NCBI GenBank assembly: GCA_964636545.1
Contig: CAZWSR010000005.1
Coordinates: forward strand, 1 to 36,704
Reading direction: 5' to 3'
DNA: 36,704 bases
Source of the DNA: Candidatus Undinarchaeota archaeon
Lineage (GTDB): Archaea > Undinarchaeota > Undinarchaeia > Undinarchaeales > UBA543
This document shows, one piece after another, positions 1-8,917 of the stretch. The notes below the pieces were generated by a model. It was not told where the DNA came from. It searched no databases and saw nothing but the letters and a program-made list of their open reading frames with translations. Position 1 is the stretch's first letter. Every line of letters begins with the position of its first letter. Made by a program: the position numbers and the translations under genes.

Positions 1-19
1 AGTCTCAGTCGGCGCACCA
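1..19 (+). tRNA. 3' end of a tRNA gene, truncated by window edge (possibly tRNA-Gly)
   Basis: AGT-CTCAG-TCGGCGC-A-CCA parses as end of T-loop, 3' T-stem, 3' acceptor strand, discriminator A and encoded CCA, followed by a T-run. Acceptor GCGCCGA/TCGGCGC with A73 resembles archaeal tRNA-Gly; anticodon not visible. Confidence 0.6.
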
Positions 20-31
20 ATATTTTTTAGG

Positions 32-934
32 TTAACCAACAATTCCAAAAGTGAAAATCTTCAGAAGTGTTCTTCCTATTCGACTGAAAATTGAACTTTG
101 CTTAATTATCTCAACTTGTGTGGCAGTGAACCGTCCAGCAACATCATCAGCATATCCCTCATAAAGCATATTTTCTCCTGCATTTAGAGGAACATATGTT
201 CCAGATACTTTTATTATAGCCCCTTTGTTAAGGTCTTTTAAATCAATACCAAGAGACTGACTTCTCTTAAATCCAACAAGGATACTGGATTTATCTCCAG
301 AAAAGAGTGCTGCTGTTTTTTCATTTTTGTACTTATCATACATTTCGCCTGCATAAGTTGCTTTAAAAGATGCTTTTAGTGTATCTCTGAGAACATCTGG
401 AGAGATTAATCCACCAAGTGCCTCTGAATTAGCATCAAGATAACCATCTATTGCATCTTCAAATATATCTAGAGTTTGCTTGAGAGTGTAGGTTTTAACA
501 ACTTCACTTTCAACTGTTGCAGTTGCATAACGATTTTTCTCAGTTAATTCATCAACAGTGACAACACCGCTGATGGTTTCTGGACCACGTGAAGTAGAAA
601 TTGTTTGAGGTGCATTTCGACTAGTTCTGCTTCCAGAACCCTTACAGATATTATAGTCGCCATCACAATATTCATCAGATTCGCAATCTGGGCAAGATGA
701 ACAATAAGAAGTTTCTTCCAAACAATAGCATTCATTAATTTTTGTATTGCATTGTCCTAAATCGCCATCTACACAGCAACCATACCCACTGCTAGGGCAA
801 TTATTACTACAGGCTTTAGCGCATTGAGCATGGTTGGTACAGTATGTTGCTGCCACAACTGCACTTGCAGATAGCAAACTTATCAGAATAATACTGATAA
901 GGAAAATCATAATTATAGAAATTTTATTATTCAT
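32..934 (-). CDS. Secreted/surface protein with 14-Cys N-terminal domain and possible OB-fold-like C-terminal domain
   Basis: ORF 32..1063; ATG at 934 gives a signal peptide (MNNKISIIMIFLISIILISLLSASAVVA) and avoids overlapping the divergent gene. Cys-rich block, S/T linker, amphipathic C-terminal tail. Confidence 0.7.
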   Translation of the reverse strand: MNNKISIIMIFLISIILISLLSASAVVAATYCTNHAQCAKACSNNCPSSGYGCCVDGDLGQCNTKINECYCLEETSYCSSCPDCESDEYCDGDYNICKGSGSRTSRNAPQTISTSRGPETISGVVTVDELTEKNRYATATVESEVVKTYTLKQTLDIFEDAIDGYLDANSEALGGLISPDVLRDTLKASFKATYAGEMYDKYKNEKTAALFSGDKSSILVGFKRSQSLGIDLKDLNKGAIIKVSGTYVPLNAGENMLYEGYADDVAGRFTATQVEIIKQSSIFSRIGRTLLKIFTFGIVG

Positions 935-1022
935 ATGAGGCATTATTAATTGGCATTTATATCCTTTACTGTATGCTCTAGTTAGCGCACCATTTTTATA
1001 CCCCAAATACCTACCCAAACCC

Positions 1023-1826
1023 ATGGCAAAAAAGAACATTTTCAATATTGGAATAATACTCATTGCAATTATTTTAGTAACTATGATTGGGTACAGATAC
1101 GCAACTGCAGAAACAGAATCACTTGAATTTTCAGGACCGAATATTTATCGTGCAATTTATGCTTATGAAATAATGAATGAGCGGGGTTTTGAAGTGAACT
1201 TGGTTTTTGAAGGAAAATGGACTGATACTGGAGAAAACGCACAGGGAACCGGCACTGTTTTAAAAGGTGAGGAAGGGACATTTACAATAAAATATAGAGA
1301 ACAGGAGATAACAGTGGGTGGTCCGACCTCAGGAAAAGAACATATTGCAGCTGGATCTATTAAACTTGAACCAGCGCATTCAGCAGTTGTTAAACTTGGA
1401 CTAACTGCTCGCAGTTCAGATTCACTTGATATGCTTGTTAAAGAATTGGACACTCTTGCTGAAACACTTGTTAGTGATATTCACAATACTGGAATAAGTG
1501 GAAGTATAATGCTTGATTCTGAAACACTGCTAAAACCAACAATTCTGCAGGAGATTGATAATATTCTAGGTCCAGGGAATGAAGTTGAATTTTATGAAAC
1601 CGGGCTTGTGTTTTCAATTAATAATGCAGATACAAAAGATCTTGCTGAAATCGCTAATATGCTTCGCTTGAACAATATAGAAATTGCAAAAGCAGCAACA
1701 AGCAGAATGACTGTTCTTGTGAGAGCAGATGAGCAAATTGATAAAACAGAAGATGAACTTTCAGCAAATGTTCCAGAAACAGCTAATGTTTACTCATTAA
1801 AAATTATTAAAAAATCAGTTCAATGA
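1023..1826 (+). CDS. Membrane-anchored conserved archaeal hypothetical protein
   Basis: 267 aa, N-terminal hydrophobic anchor, TTTTTATA box ~25-30 nt upstream, ATGA overlap with the next gene. Confidence 0.75.
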   Translation: MAKKNIFNIGIILIAIILVTMIGYRYATAETESLEFSGPNIYRAIYAYEIMNERGFEVNLVFEGKWTDTGENAQGTGTVLKGEEGTFTIKYREQEITVGGPTSGKEHIAAGSIKLEPAHSAVVKLGLTARSSDSLDMLVKELDTLAETLVSDIHNTGISGSIMLDSETLLKPTILQEIDNILGPGNEVEFYETGLVFSINNADTKDLAEIANMLRLNNIEIAKAATSRMTVLVRADEQIDKTEDELSANVPETANVYSLKIIKKSVQ

Positions 1827-2869
1827 AAATGTCAAAGCAGTTTTTGCAGAGCGAAATTCTAAGGCCGAGTGTTATTCTTGTGATTGGAACATTGTTGTTT
1901 TTGGCAGTTTCTGCTTATGTACCAGGGTTTAAAGGATTTGCAATAATTATTGGAGCACTTGGCGCATTTGTGATTGGAGAATTAATTGGATTTAGGAAAT
2001 TCAAAGGTAAGAAGTTTAATTTCAAATATTTGAAAACAGTGAGCTTGGTGGTGTTTATTATTGCACTTGCTGCACTCTACATTGACTTTTTCAGTGCTGG
2101 CGGAATTCCGATTTTCAATACAGCAATACGCAGATTTTTGAATCCGTGGCTTACTTCAATTGCGTTTTTAATGGTTCCAGCAAATGCTTTGCTGATTTCT
2201 GCAATTGCAAAAGACAAAAATGCTAAAATAAAGACATTGGTGCTGATTATTTTCACAGCTGGAATGATGGCTTTGCTGGGATACAGAACTGAAGTGCTGG
2301 CTGCGCTGATTTCAGGCGGATTAGTTGCTTATTATTGCGAGATTTTCAAGACCAAAGAGATTTTGACAATTGGCATTATCGCTATTCTTGCATTTTCTGG
2401 AATGACGCTGATGAGAGGAAGCGCAAGCACACATAGGTTTGCAACAACTGTTGCGGCATTTGATTTTATTGCTGAAGAAGCTGGAACATTTGGAATTTCA
2501 CATGGTTCAGTACAATTTTCTGAAGTTCTGCGAATTGCTTCAGATGCACCAGTACTTGGCGGACGGCACTTAATTGGAAGAATAATAGGTGCAAGGCGAG
2601 GAACTTCAATAACTTCAATGCTTTATGGACCACCATTTGCTGATTTTGGATTATTTGCTTTAGTTGAATTTTTGATATTTGGATTAATTGCAGGAGCTGG
2701 GTACAAGGCCGCGAAAAAGTTTGGAGGAGTTTATGCTGCAATTCACGCTATTATTTTGACATTTTTGGTATTAGGAATTGAAACAGGGATTACTGATTTG
2801 ATAATTTGGAGTTATGTTGTGGTTAGTGGTGGTTTCTTGTTCTATTCTCATTTTAAACCAAAGATATAA
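1823..2869 (+). CDS. Polytopic membrane protein, oligosaccharide repeat-unit polymerase (Wzy-like) family
   Basis: About 10 TM segments; GGIPIF..R, LLGYRT and ITSMLYGPPFADFG motifs resemble archaeal Wzy-like proteins. Confidence 0.7.
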   Translation: MKMSKQFLQSEILRPSVILVIGTLLFLAVSAYVPGFKGFAIIIGALGAFVIGELIGFRKFKGKKFNFKYLKTVSLVVFIIALAALYIDFFSAGGIPIFNTAIRRFLNPWLTSIAFLMVPANALLISAIAKDKNAKIKTLVLIIFTAGMMALLGYRTEVLAALISGGLVAYYCEIFKTKEILTIGIIAILAFSGMTLMRGSASTHRFATTVAAFDFIAEEAGTFGISHGSVQFSEVLRIASDAPVLGGRHLIGRIIGARRGTSITSMLYGPPFADFGLFALVEFLIFGLIAGAGYKAAKKFGGVYAAIHAIILTFLVLGIETGITDLIIWSYVVVSGGFLFYSHFKPKI

Positions 2870-2897
2870 ATACTAAAAAGAGCTTATGTAGAATATC

Positions 2898-3158
2898 ATG
2901 GCAATATATTGTTTTAAAATAACAAAGAAAAATAAGAACCTAGAAAGAGATGATTTTAAAAAGAAAATACTGCAAGTAATTGAACATACTTTTATAACGG
3001 AAAGGCCAGAGTCTATAGAGATACTAAGCATTGATCCAAATGAAACATGCTTTATATTGAACCTGAATACAGAACCGGGGAGACAGCGAGTTGCCGAAAG
3101 ATATATCAACGAAACTGAAGACCTAAGGGATGACATGTTTATTGAAAGGATTAAGTAA
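2898..3158 (+). CDS. Small AT-rich hypothetical protein
   Basis: 86 aa ATG ORF filling the gap, soluble charged composition; no recognised motif. Confidence 0.5.
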   Translation: MAIYCFKITKKNKNLERDDFKKKILQVIEHTFITERPESIEILSIDPNETCFILNLNTEPGRQRVAERYINETEDLRDDMFIERIK

Positions 3159-3257
3159 TATTTTTCAATTGTTAACTAGAATTTTAGTGTGGAAACAGTT
3201 TAGAGAATAGCCCAAACATTTTTATATCTAATAACTCAAAAACCAACACCTAATTTA

Positions 3258-3335
3258 GGGCCCGTGGTCTAGTCTGGTTATGTCGTCGCCTTGACATGGC
3301 GAATGTCTCCTGTTCAAATCAGGACGGGCCCACCA
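3258..3335 (+). tRNA. tRNA-Val(GAC)
   Basis: Acceptor GGGCCCG/CGGGCCC, anticodon arm TCGCC-TTGACAT-GGCGA, T-arm TCCTG-TTCAAAT-CAGGA, encoded CCA, upstream TTTTTATA and downstream T-run. Confidence 0.97.
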
Positions 3336-3356
3336 ACTCTTTTTGAAATTGGTTAA

Positions 3357-3415
3357 AACTATCAGCTTACAGCTAACATTTTCTGAAAGCTGACAGCCGA
3401 AAGCTGACGCCGAAA
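3357..3415. repeat. Degenerate 7-bp tandem repeat array (AGCTNAC-like)
   Basis: AACTATC AGCTTAC AGCTAAC ... AGCTGAC AGCCGAA AGCTGAC GCCGAAA. Confidence 0.6.
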
Positions 3416-3454
3416 TAAATAGCTTTTTAAACCAATTTCACATACATTCAAACT

Positions 3455-4666
3455 ATGCCTGCAGAAATCCTGCCAACAATGTCTTACTTCGCACTTCTAC
3501 TTGGCTTTGGCGTTATTGTTGCAAATGTAACTAACAAATGGCGCTTGCCAAATCCACTTTTCATGCTCCTTGTGGGCCTACTATTCGGTCCAACTATCTT
3601 AGGAATAGTAGATATCACGAGAATGGGTGATGTACCAGAGTTTCTGAGGACTTTGGCCTTGATTGTTATTGTTTTTGCAGGTACATTCCACCTTAAAATG
3701 AATACTTTCAAGCGTGTTTCAAAGGTTGCACTCAAACTCTCATTTGGCGGATTTATTCTCTCAACACTTGCACTAGGAGTATGCGCGCACTACATTTTCA
3801 GCATATCCTGGATAGGTAGTTTCATACTTGGCTCAATTGTTGGAGGAACATCCTCAGCAGCTGTTCTGACTTTCAAAAAACGACTTGATACAAGAGGAGA
3901 TGTTGGAGCAATTTTAACTGTGGAATCAATATTCAGTGATCCACTAACAGTTCTTGTACCAATACTTTTACTTGAAGCATATGTGAGTGGGATTTTTAAT
4001 TCAACAATTGTTATGCAACAATTCTGGCAATTAATTGCAGCAGGAGTTGGAACGGGAGTTGTGGTTGGATTGGGTGTTTCTGAATTATTCAAGAAAATGG
4101 AAAAAGAGCTCTCAACAATACTAAGCTTGGCGATTGCTCTTGTGATTTATGCTTTAGCAAGCAATGTTGGCGGTTCTGGAATACTTGCAGTAGCTATTGG
4201 CGCACTAATTCTTGGAAACCGAAATATTCCATACAAAGAAAGCATTGGAGAATTTGAAGACACTTTAAGTACAATGCTTACAATATCAATATTCACTTTC
4301 CTTGGAGCGCAAATTGCAATAAACTTTACAGGTTTACTGCTATTCCAACAAGCAATGTTTATGGCTTTTGCAATTTTCCTAATCCGCCCAGTAATTACTT
4401 TTGTTTTAACTTCAAAAAACGATTTCACAATGTTTGACAGGATTTTAATGTCAATGACTGGGCCAAGGGGTGCAGCAACTGCAGCTGTTGCAGCTATCCC
4501 ACTAACTTATGCACTTCGGGATGGTTTGGAAGCACTTATTCCAGAAGCAAGTATAATGCTAGTAACTGCATTCTTTGTGATTTTCTTTACAATGCTATCA
4601 AGCACAATAGCGAATATCATTATGTGCCCAGATAAAAAAGTAAAGAAGAAAGAGGAAGAAGTTTAA
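3455..4666 (+). CDS. Cation:proton antiporter (CPA1/NhaP family)
   Basis: About 12 TM; GLLFGP, GTSSAAV, ESIFSDP and GPRGAATAAVA motifs. Confidence 0.92.
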   Translation: MPAEILPTMSYFALLLGFGVIVANVTNKWRLPNPLFMLLVGLLFGPTILGIVDITRMGDVPEFLRTLALIVIVFAGTFHLKMNTFKRVSKVALKLSFGGFILSTLALGVCAHYIFSISWIGSFILGSIVGGTSSAAVLTFKKRLDTRGDVGAILTVESIFSDPLTVLVPILLLEAYVSGIFNSTIVMQQFWQLIAAGVGTGVVVGLGVSELFKKMEKELSTILSLAIALVIYALASNVGGSGILAVAIGALILGNRNIPYKESIGEFEDTLSTMLTISIFTFLGAQIAINFTGLLLFQQAMFMAFAIFLIRPVITFVLTSKNDFTMFDRILMSMTGPRGAATAAVAAIPLTYALRDGLEALIPEASIMLVTAFFVIFFTMLSSTIANIIMCPDKKVKKKEEEV

Positions 4667-5469
4667 CCAATAACTCTTTTTGCCTTATTCAAAATATCAC
4701 TAATTCTTTTGCTACTCAATTTTAGTTTGGAACGCAATTCATTTTCAGGGATTAATAATTCATTCAACAATAAGATTCCTACTTTTGACATTTTAATAAG
4801 CTCTGCCTCACTAAAATCTAAAACAGTTACTGGATAAAGCCCTTTTTTATCAACAAGTGAGGGTAAACTATTCTGCTTTGGCTGGCCCCAACCAGTCATA
4901 AGAAGCCCTTTTGCTTGACCATACTTGATTGCATGCATTGAAAACTTTGTATTTGTAACAAGCCACATATTGTCGTAATAATGTTTGCCTTTTTGAATAT
5001 CATCGAGAATGGCCCAATAAGTTAATGGAATATCCAGACCAGTCATCCTGTGTGGATTTCTGTGATGCTTGCACTCAACTAGAATCTTTTTACCATCTTT
5101 TTCAGCAATAACATCAACTTGGTGCTCAATTATTGCACCCTGAATTATTTGATTCCATTTTGTTTTGTAGCCAAGTGCTCTGAATAAATGAGCAATGTAT
5201 TTTTCAAATTCTTGGAATTCTGGATTTAATGCAGAAATCGCATCGCGGAGACGGTATTTTTCAGCATGACCTGTTTGGAATGCATCTAATTTCTGCAAAA
5301 CCATTCTAAGAATATCGCGAGTTCGCATACCGTCGCGTACTTGGCTTTCTACCTGAGTTGCTATTTGTTCTGCTTGCTGTTTTGATACTCCAGAACGGAG
5401 GCAAGTGCCTATAATTTTCTTTTTTTCAAATTTAGCTTTCTCACCATTTGCTTTTAGTACAAATACCAT
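4663..5469 (-). CDS. ATP-cone + Mrr-like PD-(D/E)xK nuclease-domain protein
   Basis: Start re-called to ATG 5469 (MVFVLKANGEKAKFEKKKI, ATP-cone-like); FEKYIAHLF..GY, QVDVIA..LVECK and LVTNTKFS..A motifs. Confidence 0.85.
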   Translation of the reverse strand: MVFVLKANGEKAKFEKKKIIGTCLRSGVSKQQAEQIATQVESQVRDGMRTRDILRMVLQKLDAFQTGHAEKYRLRDAISALNPEFQEFEKYIAHLFRALGYKTKWNQIIQGAIIEHQVDVIAEKDGKKILVECKHHRNPHRMTGLDIPLTYWAILDDIQKGKHYYDNMWLVTNTKFSMHAIKYGQAKGLLMTGWGQPKQNSLPSLVDKKGLYPVTVLDFSEAELIKMSKVGILLLNELLIPENELRSKLKLSSKRISDILNKAKRVIG

Positions 5470-5517
5470 GAGAAAGAGTAGGAAAAGTGTTTTTATAATA
5501 GTTGCTATAAAGTATAT

Positions 5518-6207
5518 TTGAAAATGATTGAACAAAAAAAAGCATCATTCTCTATGAATAGTAGAATTACAGTAATAATGGTGCTAAAAAAATATAGAAT
5601 TTTAAAAAACTATAATAAATTACAACAGAGCAGAACAACATCTTTTTTGTTTAGGTGGGATGACAAGAGAGAATATCAAGCGAGTAGTGTAGCTAAAAAA
5701 CTAAGTGATACAAACATAATAAACCATTTAAGATTATTTAATCAATTGGAAGAAGGGGGCTTACTTGAATATAAAAGATTAGATGAGTTTGTAGAGGATT
5801 TGTTGGAGATGAAACAAATTGACGAAGATGAGCATTTAATATTACATAGATATCTAGAACATCATGGGATAGAAGAAAAACCAGTAGACCTAAAGTTTAT
5901 ATTGGATTATTTGAGAAGAATAAAAGATATAGCAAAATGCGTTATGTATACACCAACAGAAAAAGGAAATTTAATATTTAGAGAAAAACTCTTCATTGAT
6001 TATTCTGAAAAAAGGATACCTAGTGGATTGAATCATGAAGAAAATATAAAAAATGTCATGGAAAAATATCCTTTGATAGCAAGAGTTGAAACTTATGTAA
6101 TACTTGGATTAAAAAGCATAAAAACCTGGAAGAACAAAATTAAAAAAGTAGGATTAAAAGAGCTTTTTGTAAAAAAAATAACTAATGAATCATTGTGGTA
6201 TATATAA
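5518..6207 (+). CDS. AT-rich orphan protein, possibly winged-helix-like; start uncertain
   Basis: 229 aa ORF with A-rich codon usage, convergent on tRNA-Phe; HLRLFNQLEEGGLLEY and YTPTEKG are weakly wHTH-like. Confidence 0.6.
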   Translation: MKMIEQKKASFSMNSRITVIMVLKKYRILKNYNKLQQSRTTSFLFRWDDKREYQASSVAKKLSDTNIINHLRLFNQLEEGGLLEYKRLDEFVEDLLEMKQIDEDEHLILHRYLEHHGIEEKPVDLKFILDYLRRIKDIAKCVMYTPTEKGNLIFREKLFIDYSEKRIPSGLNHEENIKNVMEKYPLIARVETYVILGLKSIKTWKNKIKKVGLKELFVKKITNESLWYI

Positions 6208-6210
6208 AAT

Positions 6211-6302
6211 TGGTGGGGCCAGGGTGTTCCTCACATCAGAACCTGCTATCCAATCAGATTCCGGTTCCGATACCTCCGTAACAAAAAAGTGGGGCCAGGG
6301 TG
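6211..6302 (-). repeat. Duplicated tRNA-Phe 3' end (att-like 14-bp direct repeat) around a 62-bp hairpin insert
   Basis: GTGGGGCCAGGGTG at 6213-6226 and 6289-6302; only the distal copy continues to CCA. Confidence 0.85.
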
Positions 6303-6363
6303 ATTTGAACACCCGACACCTAGATCTTCAGTCTAGTGCTCTCCCAGGCTGAGCTATGGCCCC
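6290..6363 (-). tRNA. tRNA-Phe(GAA)
   Basis: Reverse complement GGGGCCA-TAGCTCAGCCTGGGAGAGCA-CTAGA-CTGAAGA-TCTAG-GTGTC-GGGTG-TTCAAAT-CACCC-TGGCCCC-A; full CCA not encoded. Confidence 0.97.
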
Positions 6364-6485
6364 ATGTGCTTATGAAAAACATCTAACGGGTATAAAATAG
6401 TTTTGGTTGCAAAAGAAAAGGATATCTATGGGGTGTGCCGCCAAGCACCATTACCTTTTTAAACACAAATTAACTACCCCTAATC

Positions 6486-7256
6486 ATGACCCGCCTAATA
6501 GCAGTAGCTTCTGGAAAAGGTGGAGTTGGCAAGACAACCACAACTGTAAACTTAGGAGTTGCTCTTGCAGCTTTTCACAAGAATGTTATTATTGTAGATG
6601 CGAATTTAACAACCCCGAATATTGGTCTGCATTTAGGAATCCACAATCCAGAATACACCCTAAATGATGCATTAGAAGGAAAAGCCTCAATTGTTGATGC
6701 AATTGCTTTGCATGAAAGCGGAGTACGTGTCATTCCAGCTGGAATGAACTTGAAACACTTGCAAACCACAAAACCGCAGAAACTTTGGGATGTTGCACTT
6801 GACCTTTTTGGAACATCCGATATTGTTTTGCTTGACACTCCTGCTGGACTAGAAGAAGGTGCAAAATCAGTTCTAGATGCAAGTGAAGAAGTTTTAATTG
6901 TTACAAATCCAGAAATGCCTGCAGTAACAGATGCACTAAAAACAATTCGAATTGCTTATTCTTCAGGCGCAAATGTGATTGGTGCTGTTCTAACAAAAAC
7001 TCGTGGCAAACATGACAGCATGGATAAGCACAGTATAGAATCAATACTTGACACACAGATTATTGCAGAAGTTCCATTTGACAAAGACATTCCGCACACA
7101 ATTAATATGAAAAACCCAATAATAATTAGAAAACCAAGTGCAGGACCTGCTCTTGCTTACAAAAAACTAGCAGCGGATTTACTAGGAGTAGAATACAAAA
7201 CAAAAGCTGCTGGCTGGCCAGTTCTAAATGCCTTGAAAAAAGTTTTCGGAGTTTAA
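6486..7256 (+). CDS. minD: Archaeal MinD/ParA-family ATPase
   Basis: Deviant Walker A SGKGGVGKTT, DANLTTPN, LLDTPAG, VTNPEMPAVTDA. Confidence 0.92.
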   Translation: MTRLIAVASGKGGVGKTTTTVNLGVALAAFHKNVIIVDANLTTPNIGLHLGIHNPEYTLNDALEGKASIVDAIALHESGVRVIPAGMNLKHLQTTKPQKLWDVALDLFGTSDIVLLDTPAGLEEGAKSVLDASEEVLIVTNPEMPAVTDALKTIRIAYSSGANVIGAVLTKTRGKHDSMDKHSIESILDTQIIAEVPFDKDIPHTINMKNPIIIRKPSAGPALAYKKLAADLLGVEYKTKAAGWPVLNALKKVFGV

Positions 7257-8917
7257 ATTAATTTTTCCAAATCAAGTTCAAATAATGTTACTGGATATTC
7301 TATTTTGAAATTTGCAAGTGCTTCTGGACTTACTTCACCCATTACTCCTGCTTTTTTGCCATTCAAATGAATAACAACTGCCCTGCCTGGAATGAATAGT
7401 GCATCTTTTGATTCAGTAAACTCAAATTTAATTCCAGTTTGATTCAAAAATGCCTCAGTAATTGCTTTCATTTCAGAATAGTTAGCATCAGAATGTGAAA
7501 CAGCTGCTGCAATTCTCCTTTCATTGCGTGCTCCTGTTTCGTATTTTGGATCAAGCTGAACAGTAATGCCAACTTCAAAGATTTTGTGCGGCATTTCTGA
7601 ACTTGCATTCATTGAAAGTGTGTTCAAAAGCCCTGCAGCAAGTGAAGTTCGTGCAGTTGTGTAATCAGCTGCTTTTGGATTCCATATTTCAATATGTGGG
7701 TCTGGGCCCCGTTTAGTATGAACATATTCGCGGTTCTCATTTGTAAGTACAAAATTAACAATTTCCTGGAAACCAAGGCCGACCATCAATGTTCGCAAGT
7801 GATTTGAAAAGTTTTCAGCAGGGTTTGGCTTTCCAATTGTTGGAATTTCAGGAATTCGTGGTTCAAATTTCTCATAACCGTGCGCAATTGCAATATCTTC
7901 AACAATATCAATATTGTGCATGATGTCGGTTCTGTATGCTGGAATCTGAACATTCTTACCATCAAATCCGAATCGCATTTTCTCTAATTCTTTCTTAACA
8001 TCAACTGGTTTGAAGTCTTTATCCAAAAGCTGATTAACGTAAGTTAAGTCAAGTGGCATTTTCCAGGCACCTAAATTAGGATTTGTAAATGATTTGCCTT
8101 TTCCAATATCAGTTGAATACACTGCAGTTACTTCAAAAACCTCAGCACCGCGGTCAGCGCAAGCAGAAGCAACGATATTCAGCATTTCCTCGCAAGCAGG
8201 GAAATCATTTCCAGTAACTTCTATAAACATGTCAGTTGTGTCTGAACGGATTTTAGAGAACTCTGCATTTGTAAATGGAAGTAGAGACAATGTGTCTTTT
8301 CGTGCATCAACGTAAATAGGATAAGTTCTCCAAGAATCAGTTAGATGTTTGTATTCCTGGCAACGTGGATGCTTTTCAAGACATTCTTTAATTGTCATTT
8401 CATTATTGAAACCAAGTGGAACAAACTTGTGCTTTGTGTCAACTTGTTTGTAAGTAAGTGGCCATTTTATATCTCGTAAATCATAAGTTCCAATACAGCA
8501 CTTTTTCCTTCGTCTACCAATTGTTACAGTAAGTTTCTCTTGTAATTGCATAAATGCAGCTACGCTTTCTTCATCAAAACTGAAACCCTTGACAACTGCG
8601 AATGCAGTAGCGCCCCAGAAATCATTTTCTCCATTCTTGTCAGTAACGCTTTTGTCAATAATTACTTTGTAATCAGATTTTTGAACTTTATACTGCCTTA
8701 ATCCAGTTTCAATTCCAAAAAAACCACGAACAGCTCTTGCAAAACCTTCAACTGACAGCAAATCAGGACGATTTGGAAAAACTTCGAAAATAATCTCATC
8801 ATCAGTTAAACTATCAAGAGGAGTTCCCATCATCTCTATTTTGCGGTAATCTGGCTCAGAAAGCTTTTTTCCAACAAGAGTTTCAAAATCTTTTCTGTTG
8901 AATGTAACATTTGCCAT
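7253..8917 (-). CDS. pheT: Phenylalanine-tRNA ligase beta subunit (archaeal type)
   Basis: PNRPDLLSVEGFAR, QEKL..TIGRRRKK, YRTDIMHNIDIVEDIAIAHGY, FIPGR; start re-called to ATG 8917, overlapping the pheS stop. Confidence 0.97.
   Translation of the reverse strand: MANVTFNRKDFETLVGKKLSEPDYRKIEMMGTPLDSLTDDEIIFEVFPNRPDLLSVEGFARAVRGFFGIETGLRQYKVQKSDYKVIIDKSVTDKNGENDFWGATAFAVVKGFSFDEESVAAFMQLQEKLTVTIGRRRKKCCIGTYDLRDIKWPLTYKQVDTKHKFVPLGFNNEMTIKECLEKHPRCQEYKHLTDSWRTYPIYVDARKDTLSLLPFTNAEFSKIRSDTTDMFIEVTGNDFPACEEMLNIVASACADRGAEVFEVTAVYSTDIGKGKSFTNPNLGAWKMPLDLTYVNQLLDKDFKPVDVKKELEKMRFGFDGKNVQIPAYRTDIMHNIDIVEDIAIAHGYEKFEPRIPEIPTIGKPNPAENFSNHLRTLMVGLGFQEIVNFVLTNENREYVHTKRGPDPHIEIWNPKAADYTTARTSLAAGLLNTLSMNASSEMPHKIFEVGITVQLDPKYETGARNERRIAAAVSHSDANYSEMKAITEAFLNQTGIKFEFTESKDALFIPGRAVVIHLNGKKAGVMGEVSPEALANFKIEYPVTLFELDLEKLI

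Noticed and set aside
935-1063. Extended N-termini in the ORF track (32..1063, 4663..5535, 7253..8941)
   Set aside because: They overlap neighbouring genes or promoters; internal ATGs match expected domain starts.
5518-6207. Integrase or cargo of a tRNA-Phe island
   Set aside because: No tyrosine or serine recombinase motifs, and the ORF lies outside the two direct repeats.
6271-6279. TACCTCCGT shared between the tRNA-Phe insert and a loop of the candidate ncRNA (18538-18546)
   Set aside because: A single 9-mer containing the generic SD/anti-SD core; too short to claim a targeting relationship.
6211-6363. Split or T-loop-intron tRNA-Phe using the distal CCA-bearing 3' copy
   Set aside because: The proximal gene is already complete, and I could not build a bulge-helix-bulge that regenerates the T-loop at 60/61, although GGGTGTTC/GAACACCC pairing is possible.
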